Shown: positions 1 through 8,843 of the stretch, in pieces | Position numbering within the stretch: the stretch's first letter is position 1 | Layout: each line of letters opens with the position of its first letter | Assembly (NCBI GenBank): GCA_019244185.1 | Contig: JAFATB010000014.1 | Coordinates: 640,001 to 704,000, forward strand | Direction: 5' to 3' | Length of the DNA stretch: 64,000 nucleotides | Origin: Acidobacteriota bacterium | GTDB taxonomy: Bacteria > Acidobacteriota > Thermoanaerobaculia > Gp7-AA8 | Program-made: the position numbers and the translations under genes | The notes under the pieces: generated by a model | The model's input: only the letters and a program-made list of their open reading frames with translations | What the model was told of the DNA's origin: nothing | The model's database searches: none

Positions 1-1080
1 GTCCTGCTGCTCTTTCTGATCGGCCTCGAGACGGATCTCAAGAAGCTGATGGAAGTCGGCGGCTCCGCGACCGCGGTCGCGTGCGTCGGCGTCGCATTGC
101 CGCTCGCCGGCGGCTTCGCGCTCGGCCAGCTCCTCGGCTACCGCGTGATGGTCTCGGTGTTCCTCGGCGCGGCGCTCACCGCGACGTCCGTCGGCATCAC
201 CGCGCGCGTGCTCTCCGACCTCGGCCATCTCCGCGATCCCGAATCGCAGGTGATCCTCGGCGCCGCCGTCGTCGACGACATCATCGGCCTCGTGCTACTG
301 ACGCTCGTCGGCACGCTGGCCGAAGGCGGCGAGCTGACGTTCCTCGGCGTCGGCCGCGTGATTCTCGTTGCCTTCGGCTTCGTCATCCTCGCCATCGTGA
401 TCGGCTCGCAGCTCGCGCCGGCGCTGATCCGCCTCATCGACCGCATCGACGTCGCACGCGGCCTCTTCTTCTCCGCGATCGTCTTCGCGCTGCTGCTCGC
501 GTATCTCGCGCAACGCGTCGGCTCCGCGATCATCATCGGCTCCTTCGCCGCGGGACTCGTCCTCGCACGCACGCACCGCGGCAAGGACATCGAACGCGAG
601 GTGCACGACGTCGCGCAGTTCTTCATCCCGATCTTCTTCGTCGTCGTCGGCGCCGCGATCGACCTGCACACCGTCAATCCGTTCGACGCGCGCGCGCGGC
701 CGTTCCTGCTGATCGGCCTCGGCCTCACAATCGTCGGCGTCGCGGGCAAGATCGCCGCGGGGTTCGTGGTGTGGAAGAAGGAACTGAAGCGCAGCGTGAT
801 CGGAATCGGGATGATTCCGCGCGGCGAGGTCGGTCTGATCTTCGCCCAGATCGGCCTCACCACGAAGCTGCTCTCGCCCGGTCTCTACAGCGCCGTTGCG
901 ATCATGGTGATGCTGACGACGTTCATCACGCCGCCGCTCCTGCGACGCCTGCTCGTCGCGGGAACGCCGATGAAGTTCGACGGCGTCTCCGCCGACTACA
1001 TCATGGATGCGCCGATGGATCGCCTCGACGCGGACGACGACGCGACGGATGCGTCAGGCACGGCGTTGCCGCCGGCCTGA
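1..1080 (+). CDS. Cation:proton antiporter, CPA2/Kef family (5' partial)
   Basis: Frame is open from base 1 (VLLLFLIGLETD). Many TM helices; motifs ATSVGIT, GAAVVDD and GMIPRGEVGLIF. Confidence 0.92.
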   Translation, partial: VLLLFLIGLETDLKKLMEVGGSATAVACVGVALPLAGGFALGQLLGYRVMVSVFLGAALTATSVGITARVLSDLGHLRDPESQVILGAAVVDDIIGLVLLTLVGTLAEGGELTFLGVGRVILVAFGFVILAIVIGSQLAPALIRLIDRIDVARGLFFSAIVFALLLAYLAQRVGSAIIIGSFAAGLVLARTHRGKDIEREVHDVAQFFIPIFFVVVGAAIDLHTVNPFDARARPFLLIGLGLTIVGVAGKIAAGFVVWKKELKRSVIGIGMIPRGEVGLIFAQIGLTTKLLSPGLYSAVAIMVMLTTFITPPLLRRLLVAGTPMKFDGVSADYIMDAPMDRLDADDDATDASGTALPPA

Positions 1081-1097
1081 CGTTTGTCTCCTCCGCG

Positions 1098-1904
1098 CTA
1101 CTGCACGCGACGCCGCGCGTCCTGGAACGCCGGCTCGTCGGTGACGCCGCCGGGGCCGAGCTGCTGCGCGCGCGCTTCCGCGTCGCGGATGCGCGACTCG
1201 GTCGTCGGGTGCGTGGCGAAGAACTGCTCGACGCGACTCGGCTCGCTCTGCTGATGCGCGAGCAGCACGCGGAACATCGCCGCCATGCCGCGCGGGTCGT
1301 ACCCCGCATCGTGCATCAACCGGATCCCGAGCTCGTCCGCCTCCGCCTCCGCCTCGCGGCTGAAACGCGCGATCGCACCGCCCGCGACAATCTGCGCGAC
1401 GATCTGCTGCAACTGTCCCGGGTTCTGCCCGAGGACGAGTCCCGCGAGGATCGAGAGGCCGTACTCGCGCGAGATCTGTTCGGTCGTGTGCCGCGCCGTG
1501 ACGTGGCTCATCTCGTGGCCCATCACGCCCGCGAGCTCCGACGCGTTCTCCGCGGCTTTGATGAGCCCCGTGTTGACGTACACGTGGCCGCCCGGGATCG
1601 CGAAGGCGTTGATGTTGTCGTCCTGCACGACCTGGAACGTCCACGGCAACGTGTTGAACGGCGCCGGCGTGCGCTCGCGCAACCGATTTCCGATCTGCTG
1701 GATGTACGCGTTGACCGCCGGATCGGTGTTGAACCGGACCTGACTCGCGACCTCCTGCGACAGCTGCTGCCCGAGCTGCCATTCCTCATCGATGGAGATG
1801 AGGTTGAAGTCTTTGACGCCGCCACCGCCGCCACTCGATCCGCACTGGACCGAGAACAAGGTGACGAGCGCGACCGCGACGAGAGCTGTGCTGCGTTTCT
1901 TCAT
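1098..1904 (-). CDS. M48 family Zn metalloprotease, probable lipoprotein
   Basis: INAFAIPGG, HEMSH zinc motif, EAEADELG, FFATHP; N-terminal signal ending at a Cys. Confidence 0.92.
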   Translation of the reverse strand: MKKRSTALVAVALVTLFSVQCGSSGGGGGVKDFNLISIDEEWQLGQQLSQEVASQVRFNTDPAVNAYIQQIGNRLRERTPAPFNTLPWTFQVVQDDNINAFAIPGGHVYVNTGLIKAAENASELAGVMGHEMSHVTARHTTEQISREYGLSILAGLVLGQNPGQLQQIVAQIVAGGAIARFSREAEAEADELGIRLMHDAGYDPRGMAAMFRVLLAHQQSEPSRVEQFFATHPTTESRIRDAEARAQQLGPGGVTDEPAFQDARRRVQ

Positions 1905-1933
1905 GCCGAGGCGACGTGCAAGAGAAACGCCCG

Positions 1934-2086
1934 GGAGCGCCTCCGGCGGGCCGGCGCGGCCGGCTGCGCTAAGGGCCTAGCCAGTACGCACGTGCGGCTG
2001 CCGTCAATGTCGTTTAGGGCAGCCGCACGTGCGAATAGGCTAGGCCCTTAGCGCAGCCGGCCGCGCCGGCCCGCCGGAGGCGCTCC
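1934..2086. repeat. Nested palindromic element (MITE/REP-like), copy 1
   Basis: Perfect 49-bp inverted arms at 1934-1982 and 2038-2086, inner 16-bp arms at 1987-2002 and 2018-2033, 15-nt loop. Confidence 0.9.
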
Positions 2087-2128
2087 TCGTCGGGAAGCCC
2101 CTTACGGCCGCTCTTGTTGCGCGCGGCG

Positions 2129-4141
2129 ATGGTTCGTCGTCTGGTGCTCCTCGTCTTGCTTGCGCTCCCGGTGCTCGCGCAGCAGACGCAGCCGAATGCC
2201 GCGAGTGCGCTTGCGAATGCGGCGAGCCGGTACGTGCGCGACGGGGCGGGGAGTCCGGTTGCGTGGCAGGCGTGGGGACCGGCGGCGTTCGAACGGGCGA
2301 AGCGCGAGAAAAAGCCGCTCTTCGTCTCGATCGGGATCGCGGCGTCGTACGACGTCTATCGCATGCAGCGCGAGGCGTTCACGATCGGGGAGCTCGCGGA
2401 GACGCTGAACACGTATACCGTCCCGGTGCTGCTCGACCGGTTGGAGTATCCCGAGATCGCGGAAGCGCTGGCGACCGTCGCGAAATCGATGCAAGTGGGG
2501 GATGCGCAGGGCAATCGCGGCTGGCCGCTGAACGTGCTGCTCACGCACAACCTCGAGCCGTTCGCGGCGGCGGGCGCGTTGGCGCCGGACGCCCTCGGAC
2601 GCTTTCTCGTCATCAACACCAATCGGTGGACGCATGAACGGGCGGCGGTGGATGCGGAAGCGCACGCGAATGTCGAGAAAGCGCGGGCGCTGGGGGAGAA
2701 GAGGGCGCCGGGCGACGTCGACGCGGCCGTGCTCGACGCGCTCGCACCGGAGCTCGCGAAAGAGACGACGCCACGCGCGATGGCCTTGTCGTTTTTGCTG
2801 CGCAATGCGGATCGGCTGAAGAACGACGCGCAACGTGATTGGGTGGTGGATCGTTTGCGGCGCATCGCGGTTTCGCCGCTGTACGACCAGTTCGGCGGCG
2901 GTTTTCATCGCACGCCGGACGCGTACGAAAAGATGCTCGGCGATCAGGCGCTGATGGCCATGTTGTACACGGATGCGTGGCAGCTCTCGCACGATCCCGA
3001 TCTCGCGCTTGTCGCGCGCGCCACGCTCGACTACGTCGTGCGCGATCTGCATGCGAGGGGCGGCGGCTTCGACGCGTCGCAGGATGCGGGGAGTCTGATT
3101 CCGGGACAAGGTCCCGAACTGCACAACGGCATCTTCTATCTCTGGACCAAAGACGAGATCACGCGGCTCCTCGGGCGCGACGACGCCGCGAAACTCTTCG
3201 CTGCGTTTCACATGAGCGAAAACGCGGGCAACCGTCCGCTGCTCGGCGATCCGACGCATCTGCACGAGCTGCGCGACACGCTCGCGGCGCCCGTCGCGAA
3301 ACTGCTCGACGTGCGGCAGAAACGCCCCGAGCCGTTCCGCGACTTCGACGAGATCGCGAGCCTCAACGGCCTCATGATCTCCGCACTCGCGCGCGGCGGC
3401 GCGGTGTTCAACGAGCCGCGCTATACAAACGCCGCGACCGAAGCGGCGCGGGCGGTCACCTCGAAGCTCTGGCTGGCGCCGCAGGGAAAGCTCTATCGCA
3501 ACGACGCCGCGAGCGCGCCGCACGCCGACGCGCTGACCGAAGACTACGCGCTCCTCGTGCAGGGACTGCTCGACCTCTTCGACGCGAGCTACGATGCGCA
3601 GTGGCTCGAGCGCGCGATCGCGATCCAGCAACGGCAGGATGCGCTCTTCTGGGATGCGAGCTGGGGACGCTACACGACGGGAAGCAGCACGCCGGAGTCG
3701 CTGCGCGGGCTGCACGTCGAGCGCGACGATGACGTGCCGTCCGCGAACGCCGTCTCCGCGCAGAACCTCCTGCGCCTCGCCGCGCTCACCGGCAATGCGA
3801 CGTGGCGCACGCGTCCGGCCACGATCTTCCAGTCGTTCGGCGCGCGCCTGCGCCGCGACGGCGCGTCGCTGCCGCAGCTCGCGAACGCGTATGTCGCGTC
3901 GCTCGTCGCGCCGAAGATCGTGGTGGTCACCGGCGATGCGCGCAAGAAGCCGACGGTCGACCTGCTGCAGTCGCTCGCGGCGCAGTGGGATCCGATGCGC
4001 GCGCTCGTGTTTCTGCCGACCTCGGGGCCCGCGCGCGATCGCATCCTTCGCGATCTCCCGTTCGTGGGCGCGCTCACCGCGGCCAAGGACAACCTGCCAC
4101 TCGCGTACGTCTGCGCGAACGGGCGCTGCGAGAGACAGTAA
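2129..4141 (+). CDS. YyaL/SSP411 (DUF255) thioredoxin-fold + alpha/alpha-barrel protein, secreted variant
   Basis: SPVAWQAWG, GWPLNVLLT, LYDQFGGGFHR, YEKMLGDQA, NGLMISALA, EDYA, AYVC; N-terminal signal peptide. Confidence 0.88.
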   Translation: MVRRLVLLVLLALPVLAQQTQPNAASALANAASRYVRDGAGSPVAWQAWGPAAFERAKREKKPLFVSIGIAASYDVYRMQREAFTIGELAETLNTYTVPVLLDRLEYPEIAEALATVAKSMQVGDAQGNRGWPLNVLLTHNLEPFAAAGALAPDALGRFLVINTNRWTHERAAVDAEAHANVEKARALGEKRAPGDVDAAVLDALAPELAKETTPRAMALSFLLRNADRLKNDAQRDWVVDRLRRIAVSPLYDQFGGGFHRTPDAYEKMLGDQALMAMLYTDAWQLSHDPDLALVARATLDYVVRDLHARGGGFDASQDAGSLIPGQGPELHNGIFYLWTKDEITRLLGRDDAAKLFAAFHMSENAGNRPLLGDPTHLHELRDTLAAPVAKLLDVRQKRPEPFRDFDEIASLNGLMISALARGGAVFNEPRYTNAATEAARAVTSKLWLAPQGKLYRNDAASAPHADALTEDYALLVQGLLDLFDASYDAQWLERAIAIQQRQDALFWDASWGRYTTGSSTPESLRGLHVERDDDVPSANAVSAQNLLRLAALTGNATWRTRPATIFQSFGARLRRDGASLPQLANAYVASLVAPKIVVVTGDARKKPTVDLLQSLAAQWDPMRALVFLPTSGPARDRILRDLPFVGALTAAKDNLPLAYVCANGRCERQ

Positions 4142-4152
4142 ACTCTTCGCAC

Positions 4153-4863
4153 ATGCGCCCCGCCAACAGCGTCGTCGCCGTCGTCGATGACGAGGAGAAC
4201 ATCCGCGAGACGGTCGGCTTCGCGCTGCGCCGCGAAGGCTATCCGGTCGAGCTTTACGCGACCGGCCTCGAAGGCTGGCGCGCGTTTCAGCAGAAGCTGC
4301 CCGGCCTCGTCATCCTCGACATCACCATGCCGGAGATGGACGGCCTCGAGCTCTGCCGCCGCATCCGCGCGGTCTCGGAATCGACGCCGATCATCTTCCT
4401 CACCTCGCGCGACGAAGAGCTCGACCGCGTCCTCGGGCTCGAGATCGGCGCCGACGACTACCTCTGCAAACCGTTCTCGATGCGCGAGCTCCTCGCGCGC
4501 GTGAAAGTCCTCTTCCGCCGCGCCGCCATCGACCACGGCGCCACGCGTCCCGCCGCCGACGCGCCCGTGCGCTTGGGGGAGCTCGAGCTCGACCTGCAGC
4601 GTTACGCCGTCCGCTGGAGAGGCACGCCGATCAGCCTCACCGTCACCGAGTTCATGATGCTCCACGCCCTCGTGCGCTACCCCGGCCACGTGAAGACGCG
4701 CAAGCAGCTGCACCAGGACGGCTACCCGCACGACGCGTACGTATCCGACCGCACGATCGACAGCCACATCAAACGTCTGCGCCGCAAGTTCGAGGAAGCC
4801 GACGAGACGTTCGATCGCGTGGAGACGGTGTACGGGCTGGGGTACCGGTGGAGAGACGAATGA
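4153..4863 (+). CDS. OmpR-family response regulator, ChvI-like
   Basis: VVDDE, LDITMPEMDG, GADDYLCKPF, and a winged-helix end DRTIDSHIKRLRRKF...YGLGY. Confidence 0.93.
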   Translation: MRPANSVVAVVDDEENIRETVGFALRREGYPVELYATGLEGWRAFQQKLPGLVILDITMPEMDGLELCRRIRAVSESTPIIFLTSRDEELDRVLGLEIGADDYLCKPFSMRELLARVKVLFRRAAIDHGATRPAADAPVRLGELELDLQRYAVRWRGTPISLTVTEFMMLHALVRYPGHVKTRKQLHQDGYPHDAYVSDRTIDSHIKRLRRKFEEADETFDRVETVYGLGYRWRDE

Positions 4864-4970
4864 AGAATTTAGAATGCAGAACGCAGAATGAAGAATTGTG
4901 GTGGGCCGCCTTTGGCGGCCGCGTCTCTCGTTTCTGCATTCTGCATTCTGCGTTCTGCATTCTTCATTCG
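4857..4970. repeat. Inverted heptamer tandem repeat (GAATGAA/GAATGCA)n ... (TTCTGCA/TTCTTCA)n
   Basis: About 6 heptamers per arm flanking a GC-rich central hairpin; supplies the TGA stop of the regulator. Confidence 0.85.
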
Positions 4971-4978
4971 CTTCATCC

Positions 4979-6496
4979 ATGAAGCGCCTTCCTCTCCGTC
5001 TCCTCGCCTTCAACCTCCTGCTCGTCTTTCTGCCCATCGGGGGCGTGTTGTTTCTCGGGCAGTACGAGGAGCGGCTCGAGTCGGCCGAGGTGCGCGACAT
5101 GACGCACCAGGCGCGGCTCGTCGCGGGGACGGTGGCGCGGGCGGGATCTCTCGATGCGGATGCGTTCGAGGATCTGATCCGGCGCGCGCGCAGCGACGTG
5201 CGCGTGCGGCTCATCGACTCGCGCGGGAACGTCGTCGGCGACTCGCGGGACATCGTCGGCCTCGCGCCGCAGCGTCCGCCGCGCACCGACCGGCGCAACG
5301 CGCTCTATCGCGTCGGCGCGTTTCTGCTGCGTCCCGTGCTGCGCTGGGTCCGGCCGCTGGAGCCGGCGCTGGAGTTGGACTTTTACGAAAACGCGCGGCG
5401 GCTGACCGGTCCCGAGATCGCCGACGTGCTGCGCGGACGCGAAGGCTTCGAGAAGCGCATCACCGCGCACAACAAACGCTCGGTCACGCTGTACCGCATG
5501 GTGCCGGTCGTCGTGGGCGGGTGGACGGTCGGCGCGGTCGTGACGTCGAAGAGCACGTACACGATCCTGCAGGACCTCTACGCCGTGCGCTTGCGCGTGA
5601 TGCGCGTCTTCGTCGCTTCGCTCGCGCTGGCGCTCGTCGTCAGCGTCTTCTTCTCCGCGACGATCGTGAAGCCGTTGCGCGAGCTGCGCGTCGACGCGCG
5701 CGCGGTGCTGGACCGGCGCGGTCGCATGCGCGGCACGCGTTTCAAAGGCTCGAAGCGGCGCGACGAGATCGGCGAGCTCTCGCGCGCACTGGAGCGCATC
5801 ATGCGGCGCCTCGACGCGCATGTGGCCTTCATCGAGACCTTCGCCAGCGACGTCGTGCACGAGCTCAAGAACCCGCTCGCATCGATCCGCAACGCGAACG
5901 AGATGCTCGGCGACGTCGCCGATCCCGCGGATCGCCGCCGCTTCGTGCGCGTCATCGAGCAGGAAGTGGCGCGGATGGAACGCCTGCTCGCCGGGGTGCG
6001 CGAGATCTCGAAGATCGACGCGGGACTCGTGCGCGAGGCGCCGCGCACGATCGACCTCGGCGCGCTGCTCGCGAAGATCGTCGACGGCTTCCGCCTGCGC
6101 GAACCGGCGCTGCACTTCGACCTCGTCGCCGGAGACGGTCCGCTCCTCGTCGACGCCTCGGAAGACCGCTTGATTCAGGTCTTCGAGAACATCCTCGACA
6201 ACGCCGCCAGCTTCTCGCCGCGCGGCGGCACGGTGTCCGTGCGCGTGGCGGCCGAGGGGAACGAGGTCGTCACGCGCATCGCCGATCAGGGGCCGGGCAT
6301 CCCCGACGCGAACCGCACGCGCATCTTCGACCGCTTCTTCACGCACCGTCCCGACGAGTCGCGCCACGACGGCGGCCACACCGGTCTCGGGCTGGCCATC
6401 GTCAAGACCATCATCGAAGGCCACGGCGGCAGCGTCGGCGCGGCGAACGGGGAGGGTGGGGGAGCGGCGTTCACGATCGCGCTGCCGAAGAAGTAA
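4979..6496 (+). CDS. Sensor histidine kinase, ChvG-like (2 TM, HAMP, HisKA, HATPase)
   Basis: RDEIGELS HAMP, H-box VHELKNPL, N-box ENILDNA, DQGPGI, GLGLAI. Confidence 0.93.
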   Translation: MKRLPLRLLAFNLLLVFLPIGGVLFLGQYEERLESAEVRDMTHQARLVAGTVARAGSLDADAFEDLIRRARSDVRVRLIDSRGNVVGDSRDIVGLAPQRPPRTDRRNALYRVGAFLLRPVLRWVRPLEPALELDFYENARRLTGPEIADVLRGREGFEKRITAHNKRSVTLYRMVPVVVGGWTVGAVVTSKSTYTILQDLYAVRLRVMRVFVASLALALVVSVFFSATIVKPLRELRVDARAVLDRRGRMRGTRFKGSKRRDEIGELSRALERIMRRLDAHVAFIETFASDVVHELKNPLASIRNANEMLGDVADPADRRRFVRVIEQEVARMERLLAGVREISKIDAGLVREAPRTIDLGALLAKIVDGFRLREPALHFDLVAGDGPLLVDASEDRLIQVFENILDNAASFSPRGGTVSVRVAAEGNEVVTRIADQGPGIPDANRTRIFDRFFTHRPDESRHDGGHTGLGLAIVKTIIEGHGGSVGAANGEGGGAAFTIALPKK

Positions 6497-6502
6497 TCGC
6501 TC

Positions 6503-6531
6503 TTGACAAAACAATTTGTCGGCGAGACGAT
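6503..6531 (+). promoter_or_regulatory. Sigma70-like promoter overlapped by palindromic operator GACAAA-N4-TTTGTC
   Basis: TTGACA at 6503-6508, 17-bp spacer, GACGAT at 6526-6531, 6 nt before the ATG; palindrome at 6505-6520. Confidence 0.65.
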
Positions 6532-6537
6532 GGCGGC

Positions 6538-7122
6538 ATGCCGCTCGAGCTCGTCGACCGTTCCGCCAGCGCGGCGGCCATGCTCCATCCGATGCGGCTG
6601 CGCATCCTCGACGCGCTGCGCGAGCCCGGCTCCGCCAGCGCCGTCGCGCGACAGCTCGGCGTCCCGCGGCAGAAAGTGAACTACCACCTCCGCGAGCTCG
6701 AGAAGGCCGGCTTCCTCGAGGAAGTCGAACAGCGCCGCGCCGGCAACTGCATCGAGCGCATCGTGCGCGCGAAAGCGACGCACTACCTCATCGACCCGCA
6801 GCTCCTCGGCGCGCTCGCCGCCGACGGCACGTCCGTCGAAGACCGCTTCTCGAGCACGTACCTCATCGCCCTTGCCGCCGGCGCCATCCGCGACGTCGCC
6901 GCGCTGCAGCAGAAAGCGGCGAAGGCGAGGAAGCGCGTGCCGACGTTCGCGCTGCAGACCGACATTCGCTTTGCGAGTGCCGAGGAGCGGGCGGAATTCA
7001 CGAATGCACTGGCCAACGCGGTGGCGCGGCTGGTCGCGAAATATCACGACGCGGAAACGCCCGGCGGGCGCTCGTTCCGCTTTGTCATCGGCGCGTATCC
7101 CGCGCGCACGAAGGAGGATTGA
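6538..7122 (+). CDS. ArsR-like winged-HTH transcriptional regulator
   Basis: LHPMRLRILDALREPGSASAVARQLGVPRQKVNYHLRELE. Confidence 0.88.
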   Translation: MPLELVDRSASAAAMLHPMRLRILDALREPGSASAVARQLGVPRQKVNYHLRELEKAGFLEEVEQRRAGNCIERIVRAKATHYLIDPQLLGALAADGTSVEDRFSSTYLIALAAGAIRDVAALQQKAAKARKRVPTFALQTDIRFASAEERAEFTNALANAVARLVAKYHDAETPGGRSFRFVIGAYPARTKED

Positions 7123-7124
7123 CG

Positions 7125-7898
7125 ATGTCGGACGAAACGAAAACTCTCAACCTGGAGATCGCCCTCGACGCGGACGCGGAAACGGTCTGGCGCGCCGTCA
7201 GCGAAGGCGAAGAGCTGAAGCGCTGGTTCCCGCTCGACGCGCGCGTGACGCCGGGTGTGGGCGGCGCGGTCTGGTGCTCGTTCGGCGGCGGGATGGACTG
7301 GGAGACGCCGATCGAGGTGTGGGAGCCGAACCATCATCTGCGCACCGCCGATCCGCCGCCGTCCGGCATCGCCGTCGACTACTTCATCGAGGCGCGCGGC
7401 GGCGAGACCGTCCTGCGCATCGTGCAATCCGGCTTCGCGGCCGCGGGGTGGGACGACGAGTTGATCGAGACCGCGCAGGGCGGGTGGCGTTCCTTCCTCG
7501 CCACTCTCCGGCATTACCTCCGCTTCCATCGCGGCGAGCCGCGCACGATGGCGTACGTGCGGCATGATGCCGTTCCGCTTTCGCGGCCGGAAGCCTTTCA
7601 GCGGATGCTCACTGCCTTCGGCTTCGTGCCCGCGGAATTACGCGAGGGTGGACGTTTCGACGTCACCGCGGCGAACGGCGACCGCTTCACCGGCGTCATC
7701 GACGTGCTCAATCCGCCCATGCATCTCAGTGGCTCGTTCGAGAATCACGGCAACGCGTTTTTCATGATCGAGATCGAGCCGGGGAAGGAGCGCTGCCGGC
7801 CGGCGATCTGGGTTTCGTTGTACGGCGAGGCGGGGCGCGAGGCGCCGGCGCTCCAGGCGCGTCTGCGCGAGCTCGTGGTCAGCACCTTCGGACGGTGA
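7125..7898 (+). CDS. SRPBCC/AHSA1 domain protein
   Basis: ETVWRAVSEGEELKRWF...GGETVLRIVQSGF...GWRSFL; AAGGAGG RBS; typical partner of ArsR regulators. Confidence 0.85.
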   Translation: MSDETKTLNLEIALDADAETVWRAVSEGEELKRWFPLDARVTPGVGGAVWCSFGGGMDWETPIEVWEPNHHLRTADPPPSGIAVDYFIEARGGETVLRIVQSGFAAAGWDDELIETAQGGWRSFLATLRHYLRFHRGEPRTMAYVRHDAVPLSRPEAFQRMLTAFGFVPAELREGGRFDVTAANGDRFTGVIDVLNPPMHLSGSFENHGNAFFMIEIEPGKERCRPAIWVSLYGEAGREAPALQARLRELVVSTFGR

Positions 7899-8166
7899 CG
7901 CAAGTCGGTCCGGCTGGATGTCCACCCGAAATTGTGTTGCGAATCGCAACCGAGCGGGTAATATGTTGCTGCGTTGGAGTGCGACTCTCCAGCGCTCCCA
8001 AAGGTCCGGTAGCAACAGCTCGCAGAGTAGAGGCCTCGTGTCTGTGGTAAGGCTGTACGTGATTGACGATGTACGGCCTTAGGCAGGTACGGAAAGATAG
8101 ACATCGGCCGGTGAAGGAAGTAAACTGCATTCGCCTGACACCGGCCGTCTAAACCAACACCGAGGA

Positions 8167-8445
8167 GTGCGTGTGAGCCCTGCAAAAAGCAATCGCGGTC
8201 GTCCCATCGTCCACACCGAGCCCTGGGCGAAGATCACGGTCGTCCTGCTCGACCGTCACGTCGCCTATCTCGATCGCCTGGCGATCGACATCCGGCTCAA
8301 GCACGGCAAGGCCATCAGCCGCGCCGAAATCATCCGCGGCCTGATCGAGGCGGCTTTCCAGAGCGGAACCGACCTCTCTCAGGCAGACTCGATCGACTCG
8401 ATCGTCGAGCTGTTGACGAGCTCGAAGAAAAAAGTCGCGCGCTAG
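8167..8445 (+). CDS. Small ribbon-helix-helix-like protein with RGRP (AT-hook-like) N-terminus
   Basis: GAGGAG RBS (start GTG 8167 or 8173); strand KITVVL then helices ending ISRAEIIRGLIE. Confidence 0.75.
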   Translation: MRVSPAKSNRGRPIVHTEPWAKITVVLLDRHVAYLDRLAIDIRLKHGKAISRAEIIRGLIEAAFQSGTDLSQADSIDSIVELLTSSKKKVAR

Positions 8446-8731
8446 GACGCGGAGCACTTCGCCGCAGCCCCTGGTTTCGGAGACGCCCCGCGGCGAGCCG
8501 GGCGATCTCTTCTTCGCTACAGGCGTCCGTCAGGTCGATTCCGCTCTCCTCGATTCGGTCGAGCAAGGCGCGAATGAGGAACGGCAGACCGAACGACGCC
8601 GGCATGTCCGGATTCAATTCGTGAGCAAGTTGCCCCAGATAGTCGAGATGCTTCCCGGAGAGGGCGATCGTCTCCAGCTCGCCATGCGAGCCGGTACGCC
8701 CTTCCTGTGGAAGCGGTGGCATGAGGTCCAT
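8330..8731 (-). CDS. Hypothetical protein, paralog of the 8167-8445 protein
   Basis: Shared pattern HxxYLxxLA...IRxL...SGxDLxxAxSxxxIxxL; the low-complexity tail overlaps the partner gene. Confidence 0.65.
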   Translation of the reverse strand: MDLMPPLPQEGRTGSHGELETIALSGKHLDYLGQLAHELNPDMPASFGLPFLIRALLDRIEESGIDLTDACSEEEIARLAAGRLRNQGLRRSAPRPSARLFSSSSSTARRSSRSSLPERGRFRSGKPPRSGRG

Positions 8732-8798
8732 TCAGGCAGCTCCGACTTAGGAGTGACTGGCGCGCCCGTTTCCCTACCCTCGATCTCGTAAATAGTTC

Positions 8799-8825
8799 GA
8801 GCGGGAGCGTAAAGCGCTCCCGCTC
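8799..8825 (-). terminator. Hairpin, probable terminator
   Basis: 11-bp perfect stem GAGCGGGAGCG/CGCTCCCGCTC downstream of the 8844-9095 gene; no clear U-tract. Confidence 0.5.
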
Positions 8826-8843
8826 AACCCCTTCCCAAAACCC

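Noticed and set aside
81-2051. Long R/A/P-rich alternative-frame ORFs here and throughout (e.g. 2102-3715, 45373-47898, 54622-57147, 60312-62408)
   Set aside because: They overlap well-supported genes, have Arg-rich frame-shadow composition, and are expected where stops are scarce in GC-rich DNA.
4857-4970. CRISPR array suggested by short repeats
   Set aside because: Units are contiguous 7-mers without unique spacers, and there are no cas genes.
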